In this document: in pieces, positions 1 to 12,300 of the stretch | How positions within the stretch are numbered: the first letter of the stretch is position 1 | Layout of the letters: each line of letters opens with the position of its first letter | Origin: Auanema rhodensis | Lineage: Eukaryota; Animalia; Nematoda | Length of the DNA stretch: 64,000 bases | Reading direction: 5' to 3' | Assembly: GCA_964057225.1 (NCBI GenBank) | Contig: OZ059900.1 | Span: 8,246,001-8,310,000, forward strand | The notes under the pieces: generated by a model | What the model was told of the DNA's origin: nothing | What the model saw: only the letters and a program-made list of their open reading frames with translations | Database searches by the model: none | Position numbers and translations under genes: made by a program

Positions 1-21
1 TCATAAACTTTGACTATTTTT

Positions 22-33
22 ACATATATATGT
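22..33. other. 12-bp perfect palindrome ACATATATATGT (most monomers)
   Basis: The sequence is self-complementary. It is broken by the ACATAAATATGT variant, which first appears at 32038. Confidence 0.85.
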
Positions 34-47
34 CCAATTTTAACCAC

Positions 48-67
48 TTTGGTCAAAAAGGACCGAA
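48..67. other. Imperfect 7-bp inverted repeat TTTGGTC-aaaaag-GACCGAA
   Basis: There is one mismatch in the consensus. The stem is perfect (GACCAAA) in M19, M22, M25 and their duplicates. Confidence 0.7.
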
Positions 68-284
68 AATATCAAGAATTATTGGTTTTTTGGGGTTTGA
101 AGGGCATTTTGGCTAAATCAGTCAAACTTTTGATCTTAAGCATATTTTTTTCTTCTAAAACGACTAAATGTATGGAATACTGTCAAAGAATGTTCATATA
201 GGTGTATTTTGCACGAATATCAAAACTGATTGAAATATGGGCCTTTTTATGCTCAAAACGCCATATATTCAACGATTTTGGGTA

Positions 285-311
285 CAAAACATGTGAAAAC
301 TGTATGTTTTG
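285..311. other. Perfect 8-bp inverted repeat with 11-nt spacer (present in nearly every monomer)
   Basis: CAAAACAT (285-292), spacer GTGAAAACTGT, ATGTTTTG (304-311). Confidence 0.9.
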
Positions 312-3300
312 ATCAGACCCTTTGAGATATGGATTTGGAATTCAGGATTCATAAACTTTGACTATTTTCACATATATATGTTCAATTTTAACCACTTTGG
401 TCAAAAAGGACCGAAAATATCAAGAATTATTGGTTTTTTGGGGTTTGAAGGACATTTTGGCTAAATCAGTCAAACTTTTGATCTTAAGCATATTTTTTTC
501 TTCTAAAACGACTAAATGTATGGAATACTGTCATAGAATCTTGATATAAGTGTATTTTGCACGAATATCAAAACTGATTGAAATATGGGCCTTTTTATGC
601 TCAAAACGCCATATATTCAACGATTTTGGGTACAAAACATGTGAAAACTGTATGTTTTGATCAGACCCTTTGAGATATGGATTTGAAATTCAGGATTCAT
701 AAACTTCGACTATTTTCACATATATATGTTCAATTTTAACCACTTTGGTCAAAAAGGACCGAAAATATCAAGAATTATTGGTTTTTTGGGGTTTGAAGGA
801 CATTTTGGCTAAATCAGTCAAACTTTTGATCTTAAGCATATTTTTTTCTTCTAAAACGACTAAATGTATGAAATACTGTCATAGAATGTTCATATAGGTG
901 TATTTTGAACGAATATCAAAACTGATTGAAATATGGGCCTTTTTATGCTCAAAACGCCATATATTCAACGATTTTGGGTACAAAACATGTGAAAACTGTA
1001 TGTTTTGATCAGACCCTTTGAGATATGGATTTCAAATTCAGGATTCATAAACTTTGACTATTTTTACATATATATGTCCAGTTTTAACCACTTTGGTCAA
1101 AAAGGACCGAAAATATCAAGAATTATTGGTTTTTTGGGGTTTGAAGGGCATTTTGGCAAAATCAGTCAAACTTTTGATCTTAAGCATATTTTTTTCTTCT
1201 AAAACGACTAAATGTATGAAATACTGTCAAAGAATGTTCATATAGGTGTATTTTGCACGAATATCAAAACTGATTGAAATATGGGCCTTTTTATGCTCAA
1301 AACGCCATATATTCAACGATTTTGGGTACAAAACATGTGAAAACTGTATGTTTTGATCAGACTCTTTGAGATATGGATTTGAAATTCAGGATTCATAAAC
1401 TTTGACTATTTTTACATATATATGTTCAATTTTAACCACTTTGGTCAAAAAGGACCGAAAATATCAAGAATTATTGGTTTTTTGGGGATTGAAGGGCATT
1501 TTGGCAAAATCAGTCAAACTTTTGATCTTAAGCATATTTTTTTCTTCTAAAACGACTAAATGTATGGAATACTGTCATAGAATGTTGATATAGGTGTATT
1601 TTGCACGAATATCGAAACTGATTGAAATATGGGCCTTTTTATGCTCAAAACGCCATATATTCAACGATTTTGGGTACAAAACATGTGAAAACTGTATGTT
1701 TTGATCAGACCCTTTGAGATATGGATTTGAAATTCAGGATTTATAAACTTCGACTATTTTTACATATACATGTCCAATTTTAACCACTTTGGTCAAAAAG
1801 GACCGAAAATATCAAGAATTATTGGTTTTTTGGGGTTTGAAGGGCATTTTGGCTAAATCAGTCAAACTTTTGATCTTAAGCATATTTTTTTCTTCTAAAA
1901 CGACTAAATTCATGAAATACTGTCATAGAATGTTCATATAGGTGTATTTTGCACGAATGGCAAAACTGATTGAAATATGGGCCTTTTTATGCTCAAAACG
2001 CCATATATTCAACGATTTTGGGTACAAAACATGTGAAAACTGTATGTTTTGATCAGACCCTTTGAGATATGGATTTGAAATTCAGGATTCATAAACTTTG
2101 ACTATTTTTACATATATATGTTCAATTTTAACCACTTTGGTCGAAAAGGACCGAAAATATCAAGAATTATTGGTTTTTTGGGGTTTGAAGGGCATTCTGG
2201 CTAAATCAGTCAAACTCTTGATCTTAAGCATATTTTTTTTTTCTAAAACGACTAAATGTATGAAATACTGTCATAGAATGTTCATATAGGTGTATTTTGC
2301 ACGAATATCAAAACTGATTGAAATATGGGCCTTTTTATGCTCAAAACGCCATATATTCAACGATTTTGGGTACAAAACATGTGAAAACTGTATGTTTTGA
2401 TCAGACCCTTTGAGATATGGATTTGAAATTTAGGATTCATAAACTTTGACTATTTTTACATATATATGTCCAATTTTAACCACTTTGGTCAAAAAGGACC
2501 GAAAATATCAAGAATTATTGGTTTTTTGGGGTTTGAAGGGCATTTTGGCTAAATCAGTCAAACTTTTGATCTTAAGCATATTTTTTTCTTCTAAAACGAC
2601 TAAATGTATGGAATACTGTCAAAAAATGTTCATATAGGTGTATTTTGCACGAATATCAAAACTGATTGAAATATGGGCCTTTTTATGCTCAAAACGCCAT
2701 ATATTCAACGATTTTGGGTACAAAACATGTGAAAACTGTATGTTTTGATCAGACCCTTTGAGATATGGATTTGGAATTCAGGATTCATAAACTTTGACTA
2801 TTTTCACATATATATGTTCAATTTTAACCACTTTGGTCAAAAAGGACCGAAAATATCAAGAATTATTGGTTTTTTGGGGTTTGAAGGACATTTTGGCTAA
2901 ATCAGTCAAACTTTTGATCTTAAGCATATTTTTTTCTTCTAAAACGACTAAATGTATGGAATACTGTCATAGAATCTTGATATAAGTGTATTTTGCACGA
3001 ATATCAAAACTGATTGAAATATGGGCCTTTTTATGCTCAAAACGCCATATATTCAACGATTTTGGGTACAAAACATGTGAAAACTGTATGTTTTGATCAG
3101 ACCCTTTGAGATATGGATTTGAAATTCAGGATTCATAAACTTCGACTATTTTCACATATATATGTTCAATTTTAACCACTTTGGTCAAAAAGGACCGAAA
3201 ATATCAAGAATTATTGGTTTTTTGGGGTTTGAAGGACATTTTGGCTAAATCAGTCAAACTTTTGATCTTAAGCATATTTTTTTCTTCTAAAACGACTAAA

Positions 3301-5220
3301 TGTATGAAATACTGTCATAGAATGTTCATATAGGTGTATTTTGAACGAATATCAAAACTGATTGAAATATGGGCCTTTTTATGCTCAAAACGCCATATAT
3401 TCAACGATTTTGGGTACAAAACATGTGAAAACTGTATGTTTTGATCAGACCCTTTGAGATATGGATTTCAAATTCAGGATTCATAAACTTTGACTATTTT
3501 TACATATATATGTCCAGTTTTAACCACTTTGGTCAAAAAGGACCGAAAATATCAAGAATTATTGGTTTTTTGGGGTTTGAAGGGCATTTTGGCAAAATCA
3601 GTCAAACTTTTGATCTTAAGCATATTTTTTTCTTCTAAAACGACTAAATGTATGAAATACTGTCAAAGAATGTTCATATAAGTGTATTTTGCACGAATAT
3701 CAAAACTGATTGAAATATGGGCCTTTTTATGCTCAAAACGCCATATATTCAACGATTTTGGGTACAAAACATGTGAAAACTGTATGTTTTGATCAGACTC
3801 TTTGAGATATGGATTTGAAATTCAGGATTCATAAACTTTGACTATTTTTACATATATATGTTCAATTTTAACCACTTTGGTCAAAAAGGACCGAAAATAT
3901 CAAGAATTATTGGTTTTTTGGGGATTGAAGGGCATTTTGGCAAAATCAGTCAAACTTTTGATCTTAAGCATATTTTTTTCTTCTAAAACGACTAAATGTA
4001 TGGAATACTGTCATAGAATGTTGATATAGGTGTATTTTGCACGAATATCGAAACTGATTGAAATATGGGCCTTTTTATGCTCAAAACGCCATATATTCAA
4101 CGATTTTGGGTACAAAACATGTGAAAACTGTATGTTTTGATCAGACCCTTTGAGATATGGATTTGAAATTCAGGATTTATAAACTTCGACTATTTTTACA
4201 TATACATGTCCAATTTTAACCACTTTGGTCAAAAAGGACCGAAAATATCAAGAATTATTGGTTTTTTGGGGTTTGAAGGGCATTTTGGCTAAATCAGTCA
4301 AACTTTTGATCTTAAGCATATTTTTTTCTTCTAAAACGACTAAATTCATGAAATACTGTCATAGAATGTTCATATAGGTGTATTTTGCACGAATGGCAAA
4401 ACTGATTGAAATATGGGCCTTTTTATGCTCAAAACGCCATATATTCAACGATTTTGGGTACAAAACATGTGAAAACTGTATGTTTTGATCAGACCCTTTG
4501 AGATATGGATTTGAAATTCAGGATTCATAAACTTTGACTATTTTTACATATATATGTTCAATTTTAACCACTTTGGTCGAAAAGGACCGAAAATATCAAG
4601 AATTATTGGTTTTTTGGGGTTTGAAGGGCATTTTGGCTAAATCAGTCAAACTCTTGATCTTAAGCATATTTTTTTTTTCTAAAACGACTAAATGTATGAA
4701 ATACTGTCATAGAATGTTCATATAGGTGTATTTTGCACGAATATCAAAACTGATTGAAATATGGGCCTTTTTATGCTCAAAACGCCATATATTCAACGAT
4801 TTTGGGTACAAAACATGTGAAAACTGTATGTTTTGATCAGACCCTTTGAGATATGGATTTGAAATTTAGGATTCATAAACTTTGACTATTTTTACATATA
4901 TATGTCCAATTTTAACCACTTTGGTCAAAAAGGACCGAAAATATCAAGAATTATTGGTTTTTTGGGGTTTGAAGGGCATTTTGGCTAAATCAGTCAAACT
5001 TTTGATCTTAAGCATATTTTTTTCTTCTAAAACGACTAAATGTATGGAATACTGTCAAAAAATGTTCATATAGGTGTATTTTGCACGAATATCAAAACTG
5101 ATTGAAATATGGGCCTTTTTATGCTCAAAACGCCATATATTCAACGATTTTGGGTACAAAACATGTGAAAACTGTATGTTTTGATCAGACCCTTTGAGAT
5201 ATGGATTTGGAATTCAGGAT

Positions 5221-8200
5221 TCATAAACTTTGACTATTTTCACATATATATGTTCAATTTTAACCACTTTGGTCAAAAAGGACCGAAAATATCAAGAATT
5301 ATTGGTTTTTTGGGGTTTGAAGGACATTTTGGCTAAATCAGTCAAACTTTTGATCTTAAGCATATTTTTTTCTTCTAAAACGACTAAATGTATGAAATAC
5401 TGTCAAAGAATGTTCATATAGGTGTATTTTGCACGAATATCAAAACTGATTGAAATATGGGCCTTTTTATGCTCAAAACGCCATATATTCAACGATTTTG
5501 GGTACAAAACATGTGAAAACTGTATGTTTTGATCAGACCCTTTGAGATATGGATTTGAAATTCAGGATTCATAAACTTTAACTATTTTTACATATATATG
5601 TTCAATTTTAACCACTTTGGTCAAAAAGGACCGAAAATATCAAGAATTATTGGTTTTTTGGGGATTGAAGGGCATTTTGGCAAAATCAGTCAAACTTTTG
5701 ATCTTAAGCATATTTTTTTCTTCTAAAACGACTAAATGTATGGAATACTGTCATAGAATGTTGATATAGGTGTATTTTGCACGAATATCGAAACTGATTG
5801 AAATATGGGCCTTTTTATACTCAAAACGCCATATATTCAACGATTTTGGGTATAAAACATGTGAAAACTGTATGTTTTGATCAGACCCTTTGAGATATGG
5901 ATTTGAAATTCAGGATTCATAAACTTTGACTATTTTTACATATATATGTCCAATTTTAACCACTTTGGTCAAAAAGGACCGAAAATATCAAGAATTATTG
6001 GTTTTTTGGGGTTTGAAGGGCATTTTGGCTAAATCAGTCAAACTTTTGATCTTAAGCATATTTTTTTCTTCTAAAACGACTAAATGTATGGAATACTGTC
6101 ATAGAATGTTCATATAAGTGTATTTTGCACGAATATCAAAACTGATTGAAATATGGGCCTTTTTATGCTCAAAACGCCATATATTCAACGATTTTGGGTA
6201 CAAAACATGTGAAAACTGTATGTTTTGATCAGACCCTTTGAGATATGGATTTGAAATTCAGGATTCATAAACTTTGACTATTTTCACATATATATGTTCA
6301 ATTTTAACCACTTTGGTCAAAAAGGACCAAAAATTTCAAGAATTATTGGTTTTTTGGGGTTTGAAGGACATTTTGGCTAAATCAGTCAAACTTTTGATCT
6401 TAAGCATATTTTTTTCTTCTAAAACGACTAAATGTATGAAATACTGTCAAAGAATGTTCATATAGGTGTATTTTGCACGAATATCAAAACTGATTGAAAT
6501 ATGGGCCTTTTTATGCTCAAAACGCCATATATTCAACGATTTTGGGTACAAAACATGTGAAAACTGTATGTTTTGATCAGACCCTTTGAGATATGGATTT
6601 GAAATTCAGGATTCATAAACTTTAACTATTTTTACATATATATGTTCAATTTTAACCACTTTGGTCAAAAAGGACCGAAAATATCGAGAATTATTGGTTT
6701 TTTGGGGATTGAAGGGCATTTTGGCAAAATCAGTCAAACTTTTGATCTTAAGCATATTTTTTTCTTCTAAAACGACTAAATGTATAGAATACTGTCATAG
6801 AATGTTGATAGAGGTGTATTTTGCACGAATATCGAAACTGATTGAAATATGGGCCTTTTTATGCTCAAAACGCCATATATTCAACGATTTTGGGTACAAA
6901 ACATGTGAAAACTGTATGTTTTGATCAGACCCTTTGAGATATGGATTTGAAATTCAGGATTCATAAACTTCGACTATTTTTATATATATATGTCCAATTT
7001 TAACCACTTTGGTCAAAAAGGACCGAAAATATCAAGAATTATTGGTTTTTTGGGGATTGAAGGGCATTTTGGCAAAATCAGTCAAACTTTTGATCTTAAG
7101 CATATTTTTTTCTTCTAAAACGACTAAATGTATGGAATACTGTCATAGAATGTTCATATAGGTGTATTTTGCACGAATATCAAAACTGATTGAAATATGG
7201 GCCTTTTTATGCTCAAAACGCCATATATTCAACGATTTTGGGTATAAAACATGTGAAAACTGTATGTTTTGATCAGACCCTTTGAGATATGGATTTGAAA
7301 TTCAGGATTCATAAACTTTGACTATTTTCACATATATATGTTCAATTTTAACCACTTTGGTCAAAAAGGACCAAAAATTTCAAGAATTATTGGTTTTTTG
7401 GGGTTTGAAGGACATTTTGGCTAAATCAGTCAAACTTTTGATCTTAAGCATATTTTTTTCTTCTAAAACGACTAAATGTATGAAATACTGTCAAAGAATG
7501 TTCATATAGGTGTATTTTGCACGAATATCAAAACTGATTGAAATATGGGCCTTTTTATGCTCAAAACGCCATATATTCAACGATTTTGGGTACAAAACAT
7601 GTGAAAACTGTATGTTTTGATCAGACCCTTTGAGATATGGATTTGAAATTCAGGATTCATAAACTTTAACTATTTTTACATATATATGTTCAATTTTAAC
7701 CACTTTGGTCAAAAAGGACCGAAAATATCAAGAATTATTGGTTTTTTGGGGATTGAAGGGCATTTTGGCAAAATCAGTCAAACTTTTGATCTTAAGCATA
7801 TTTTTTTCTTCTAAAACGACTAAATGTATAGAATACTGTCATAGAATGTTGATAGAGGTGTATTTTGCACGAATATCGAAACTGATTGAAATATGGGCCT
7901 TTTTATGCTCAAAACGCCATATATTCAACGATTTTGGGTATAAAACATGTGAAAACTGTATGTTTTGATCAGACCCTTTGAGATATGGATTTGAAATTCA
8001 GGATTCATAAACTTTGACTATTTTTACATATATATGTCCAATTTTAACCACTTTGGTCAAAAAGGACCGAAAATATCAAGAATTATTGGTTTTTTGGGGT
8101 TTGAAGGGCATTTTGGCTAAATCAGTCAAACTTGTGATCTTAAGCATATTTTTTTCTTCTAAAACGACTAAATGTATGGAATACTGTCATAGAATGTTCA

Positions 8201-9396
8201 TATAAGTGTATTTTGCACGAATATCAAAACTGATTGAAATATGGGCCTTTTTATGCTCAAAACGCCATATATTCAACGATTTTGGGTACAAAACATGTGA
8301 AAACTGTATGTTTTGATCAGACCCTTTGAGATATGGATTTGAAATTCAGGATTCATAAACTTTGACTATTTTCACATATATATGTTCAATTTTAACCACT
8401 TTGGTCAAAAAGGACCAAAAATTTCAAGAATTATTGGTTTTTTGGGGTTTGAAGGACATTTTGGCTAAATCAGTCAAACTTTTGATCTTAAGCATATTTT
8501 TTTCTTCTAAAACGACTAAATGTATGAAATACTGTCAAAGAATGTTCATATAGGTGTATTTTGCACGAATATCAAAACTGATTGAAATATGGGCCTTTTT
8601 ATGCTCAAAACGCCATATATTCAACGATTTTGGGTACAAAACATGTGAAAACTGTATGTTTTGATCAGACCCTTTGAGATATGGATTTGAAATTCAGGAT
8701 TCATAAACTTTGACTATTTTTACATATATATGTTCAATTTTAACCACTTTGGTCAAAAAGGACCGAAAATATCAAGAATTATTGGTTTTTTGGGGATTGA
8801 AGGGCATTTTGGCAAAATCAGTCAAACTTTTGATCTTAAGCATATTTTTTTCTTCTAAAACGACTAAATGTATGGAATACTGTCATAGAATGTTGATAGA
8901 GGTGTATTTTGCACGAATATCGAAACTGATTGAAATATGGGCCTTTTTATGCTCAAAACGCCATATATTCAACGATTTTGGGTACAAAACATGTGAAAAC
9001 TGTATGTTTTGATCAGACCCTTTGAGATATGGATTTGAAATTCAGGATTCATAAACTTCGACTATTTTTATATATATATGTCCAATTTTAACCACTTTGG
9101 TCAAAAAGGACCGAAAATATCAAGAATTATTGGTTTTTTGGGGTTCGAAGGACATTTTGGCAAAATCAGTCAAACTTTTGATCTTAAGCATATTTTTCTC
9201 TTCTAAAACGACTAAATGTATGGAATACTGTCATAGAATGTTGATAGAGGTGTATTTTGCACGAATATCGAAACTGATTGAAATATGGGCCTTTTTATGC
9301 TCAAAACGCCATATATTCAACGATTTTGGGTACAAAACATGTGAAAACTGTATGTTTTGATCAGACCCTTTGAGATATGGATTTGAAATTCAGGAT
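5221..9396 (+). repeat. Trimer (1044 bp) substructure, about 4 diverged copies
   Basis: The GACCAAAAATTT variant occurs in M19, M22 and M25 (6329, 7373, 8417). The TTTAACT variant occurs in M17, M20 and M23. Confidence 0.85.
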
Positions 9397-12300
9397 TCAT
9401 AAACTTCGACTATTTTTACATATATATGTCCAATTTTAACCACTTTGGTCAAAAAGGACCGAAAATATCAAGAATTATTGGTTTTTTGGGGTTTGAAGGA
9501 CATTTTGGCAAAATCAGTCAAACTTTTGATCTTAAGCATATTTTTTTCTTCTAAAACGACTAAATGTATGAAATACTGTCAAAGAATGTTCATATAGGTG
9601 TATTTTGCACGAATATCAAAACTGATTGAAATATGGGCCTTTTTATGCTCAAAATGCCATATATTCAACGATTTTGGGTACAAAACATGTGAAAACTGTA
9701 TGTTTTGATCAGACCCTTTGAGATATGGATTTGAAATTCAGGATTCATAAACTTTGACTATTTTTACATATATATGTTCAATTTTAACCACTTTGGTCAA
9801 AAAGGACCGAAAATATCAAGAATTATTGGTTTTTTGGGGATTGAAGGGCATTTTGGCAAAATCAGTCAAACTTTTGATCTTAAGCATATTTTTTTCTTCT
9901 AAAACGACTAAATGTATGGAATACTGTCATAGAATGTTGATAGAGGTGTATTTTGCACAAATATCGAAACTGATTGAAATATGGGCCTTTTTATGCTCAA
10001 AACGCCATATATTCAACGATTTTGGGTACAAAACATGTGAAAACTGTATGTTTTGATCAGACCCTTTGAGATATGGATTTGAAATTCAGGATTCATAAAC
10101 TTCGACTATTTTTACATATATATGTCCAATTTTAACCACTTTGGTCAAAAAGGACCGAAAATATCAAGAATTATTGGTTTTTTGGGGTTTGAAGGACATT
10201 TTGGCAAAATCAGTCAAACTTTTGATCTTAAGCATATTTTTTTCTTCTAAAACGACTAAATGTATGAAATACTGTCAAAGAATGTTCATATACGTGTATT
10301 TTGCACGAATATCAAAACTGATTGAAATATGGGCCTTTTTATGCTCAAAACGCCATATATTCAACGATTTTGGGTACAAAACATGTGAAAACTGTATGTT
10401 TTGATCAGACCCTTTGAGATATGGATTTGAAATTCAGGATTCATAAACTTCGACTATTTCTACATATATATGTCCAATTTTAACCACTTTGGTCAAAAAG
10501 GACCGAAAATATCAAGAATTATTGGTTTTTTGGGGTTTGAAGGGCATTTTGGCAAAATCAGTCAAACTTTTGATCTTAAGCATATTTTTTTCTTCTAAAA
10601 CGACTAAATGTATGAAATACTGTCAAAGAATGTTCATATAGGTGTATTTTGCACGAATATCAAAACTGATTGAAATATGGGCCTTTTTATGCTCAAAACG
10701 CCATATATTCAACGATTTTGGGTACAAAACATGTGAAAACTGTATGTTTTGATCAGACCCTTTGAGATATGGATTTGAAATTCAGGATTCATAAACTTTG
10801 ACTATTTTTACATATATATGTTCAATTTTAACCACTTTGGTCAAAAAGGACCGAAAATATCAAGAATTATTGGTTTTTTGGGGATTGAAGGGCATTTTGG
10901 CAAAATCAGTCAAACTTTTGATCTTAAGCATATTTTTTTCTTCTAAAACGACTAAATGTATGGAATACTGTCATAGAATGTTGATAGAGGTGTATTTTGC
11001 ACGAATATCGAAACTGATTGAAATATGGGCCTTTTTATGCTCAAAACGCCATATATTCAACGATTTTGGGTACAACACATGTGAAAACTGTATGTTTTGA
11101 TCAGACCCTTTGAGATATGGATTTGAAATTCAGGATTCATACACTTTGACTATTTTTACATATATATGTCCAATTTTAACCACTTTGGTCAAAAAGGACC
11201 GAAAATATCAAGAATTATTGGTTTTTTGGGGTTTGAAGGACATTTTGGCAAAATCAGTCAAACTTTTGATCTTAAGCATATTTTTTTCTTCTAAAACGAC
11301 TAAATGTATGAAATACTGTCAAAGAATGTTCATATAGGTGTATTTTGCACGAATATCAAAACTGATTGAAATATGGGCCTTTTTATGCTCAAAACGCCAT
11401 ATATTCAACGATTTTGGGTACAAAACATGTGAAAACTGTATGTTTTGATCAGACCCTTGAGATATGGATTTGAAATTCAGGATTCATAAACTTCGACTAT
11501 TTCTACATATATATGTCCAATTTTAACCACTTTGGTCAAAAAGGACCGAAAATATCAAGAATTATTGGTTTTTTGGGGATTGAAGGGCATTTTGGCAAAA
11601 TCAGTCAAACTTTTGATCTTAAGCATATTTTTTTCTTCTAAAACGACTAAATGTATGGAATACTGTCATAGAATGTTGATATAGGTGTATTTTGCACGAA
11701 TATCGAAACTGATTGAAATATGGGCCTTTTTATGCTCAAAACGCCATATATTCAACGATTTTGGGTACAAAACATGTGAAAACTGTATGTTTTGATCAGA
11801 CCCTTTGAGATATGGATTTGAAATTCAGGATTCATAAACTTTGACTATTTTTACATATATATGTCCAATTTTAACCACTTTGGTCAAAAAGGACCGAAAA
11901 TATCAAGAATTATTGGTTTTTTGGGGTTTGAAGGGCATTTTGGCTAAATCAGTCAAACTTTTGATCTTAAGCATATTTTTTTCTTCTAAAACGACTAAAT
12001 GTATGGAATACTGTCATAGAATGTTCATATAAGTGTATTTTGCACGAATATCAAAACTGATTGAAATATGGGCCTTTTTATGCTCAAAACGCCATATATT
12101 CAACGATTTTGGGTACAAAACATGTGAAAACTGTATGTTTTGATCAGACCCTTTGAGATATGGATTTGAAATTCAGGATTCATAAACTTTGACTATTTTC
12201 ACATATATATGTTCAATTTTAACCACTTTGGTCAAAAAGGACCAAAAATTTCAAGAATTATTGGTTTTTTGGGGTTTGAAGGACATTTTGGCTAAATCAG

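Larger units (their letters stand above)
1..348 (+). repeat. Representative monomer (M1)
   Basis: The unit has GATC at p132 and p311, CTTAAG at p135, GGCC at p239, GTAC at p282, ACATGT at p289 and TGATCA at p310. Common polymorphic sites are p11, 21, 34, 96, 104, 114, 175, 186, 195, 199, 201 and 222. Confidence 0.97.
1..5394 (+). repeat. 7-monomer higher-order repeat (2436 bp), about 2.2 copies
   Basis: Private variants repeat at exactly 2436 bp: GAATTC at 338/2774/5210, TTTTGAAC at ~908/3344, TTCAAATTC at 1033/3469, GAATGGCAAA at ~1959/4395 and TTTAGGATT at 2431/4867. Confidence 0.95.

Noticed and set aside
9-126. MITE-like terminal inverted repeat (TTTGACT at 9-15 vs AGTCAAA at 120-126)
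   Set aside because: Only 7 bp match perfectly and there is no target-site duplication, so it is too weak to infer a transposon origin.
267-283. CENP-B-box-like motif ATTCAACGATTTTGGGT
   Set aside because: Only 6 of the 9 essential positions of NTTCGNNNNANNCGGGN match and both CpGs are missing, which is compatible with chance.
1-348. 5S rDNA, tRNA, snRNA or spliced-leader tandem array
   Set aside because: I recognised no 5S, tRNA or snRNA sequence and no Pol III A/B/C boxes, and the unit is uniformly AT-rich. An Infernal/Rfam scan would be the decisive check.
1-348. Assignment to a known satellite of similar length (e.g. Drosophila 359-bp 1.688, beetle or plant ~350-bp repeats)
   Set aside because: Only the length is similar; I cannot confirm sequence homology without a search.
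2429-2434. TTTAGG telomere-like motif
   Set aside because: It is a single SNP-derived occurrence per 7-mer and is not tandem.
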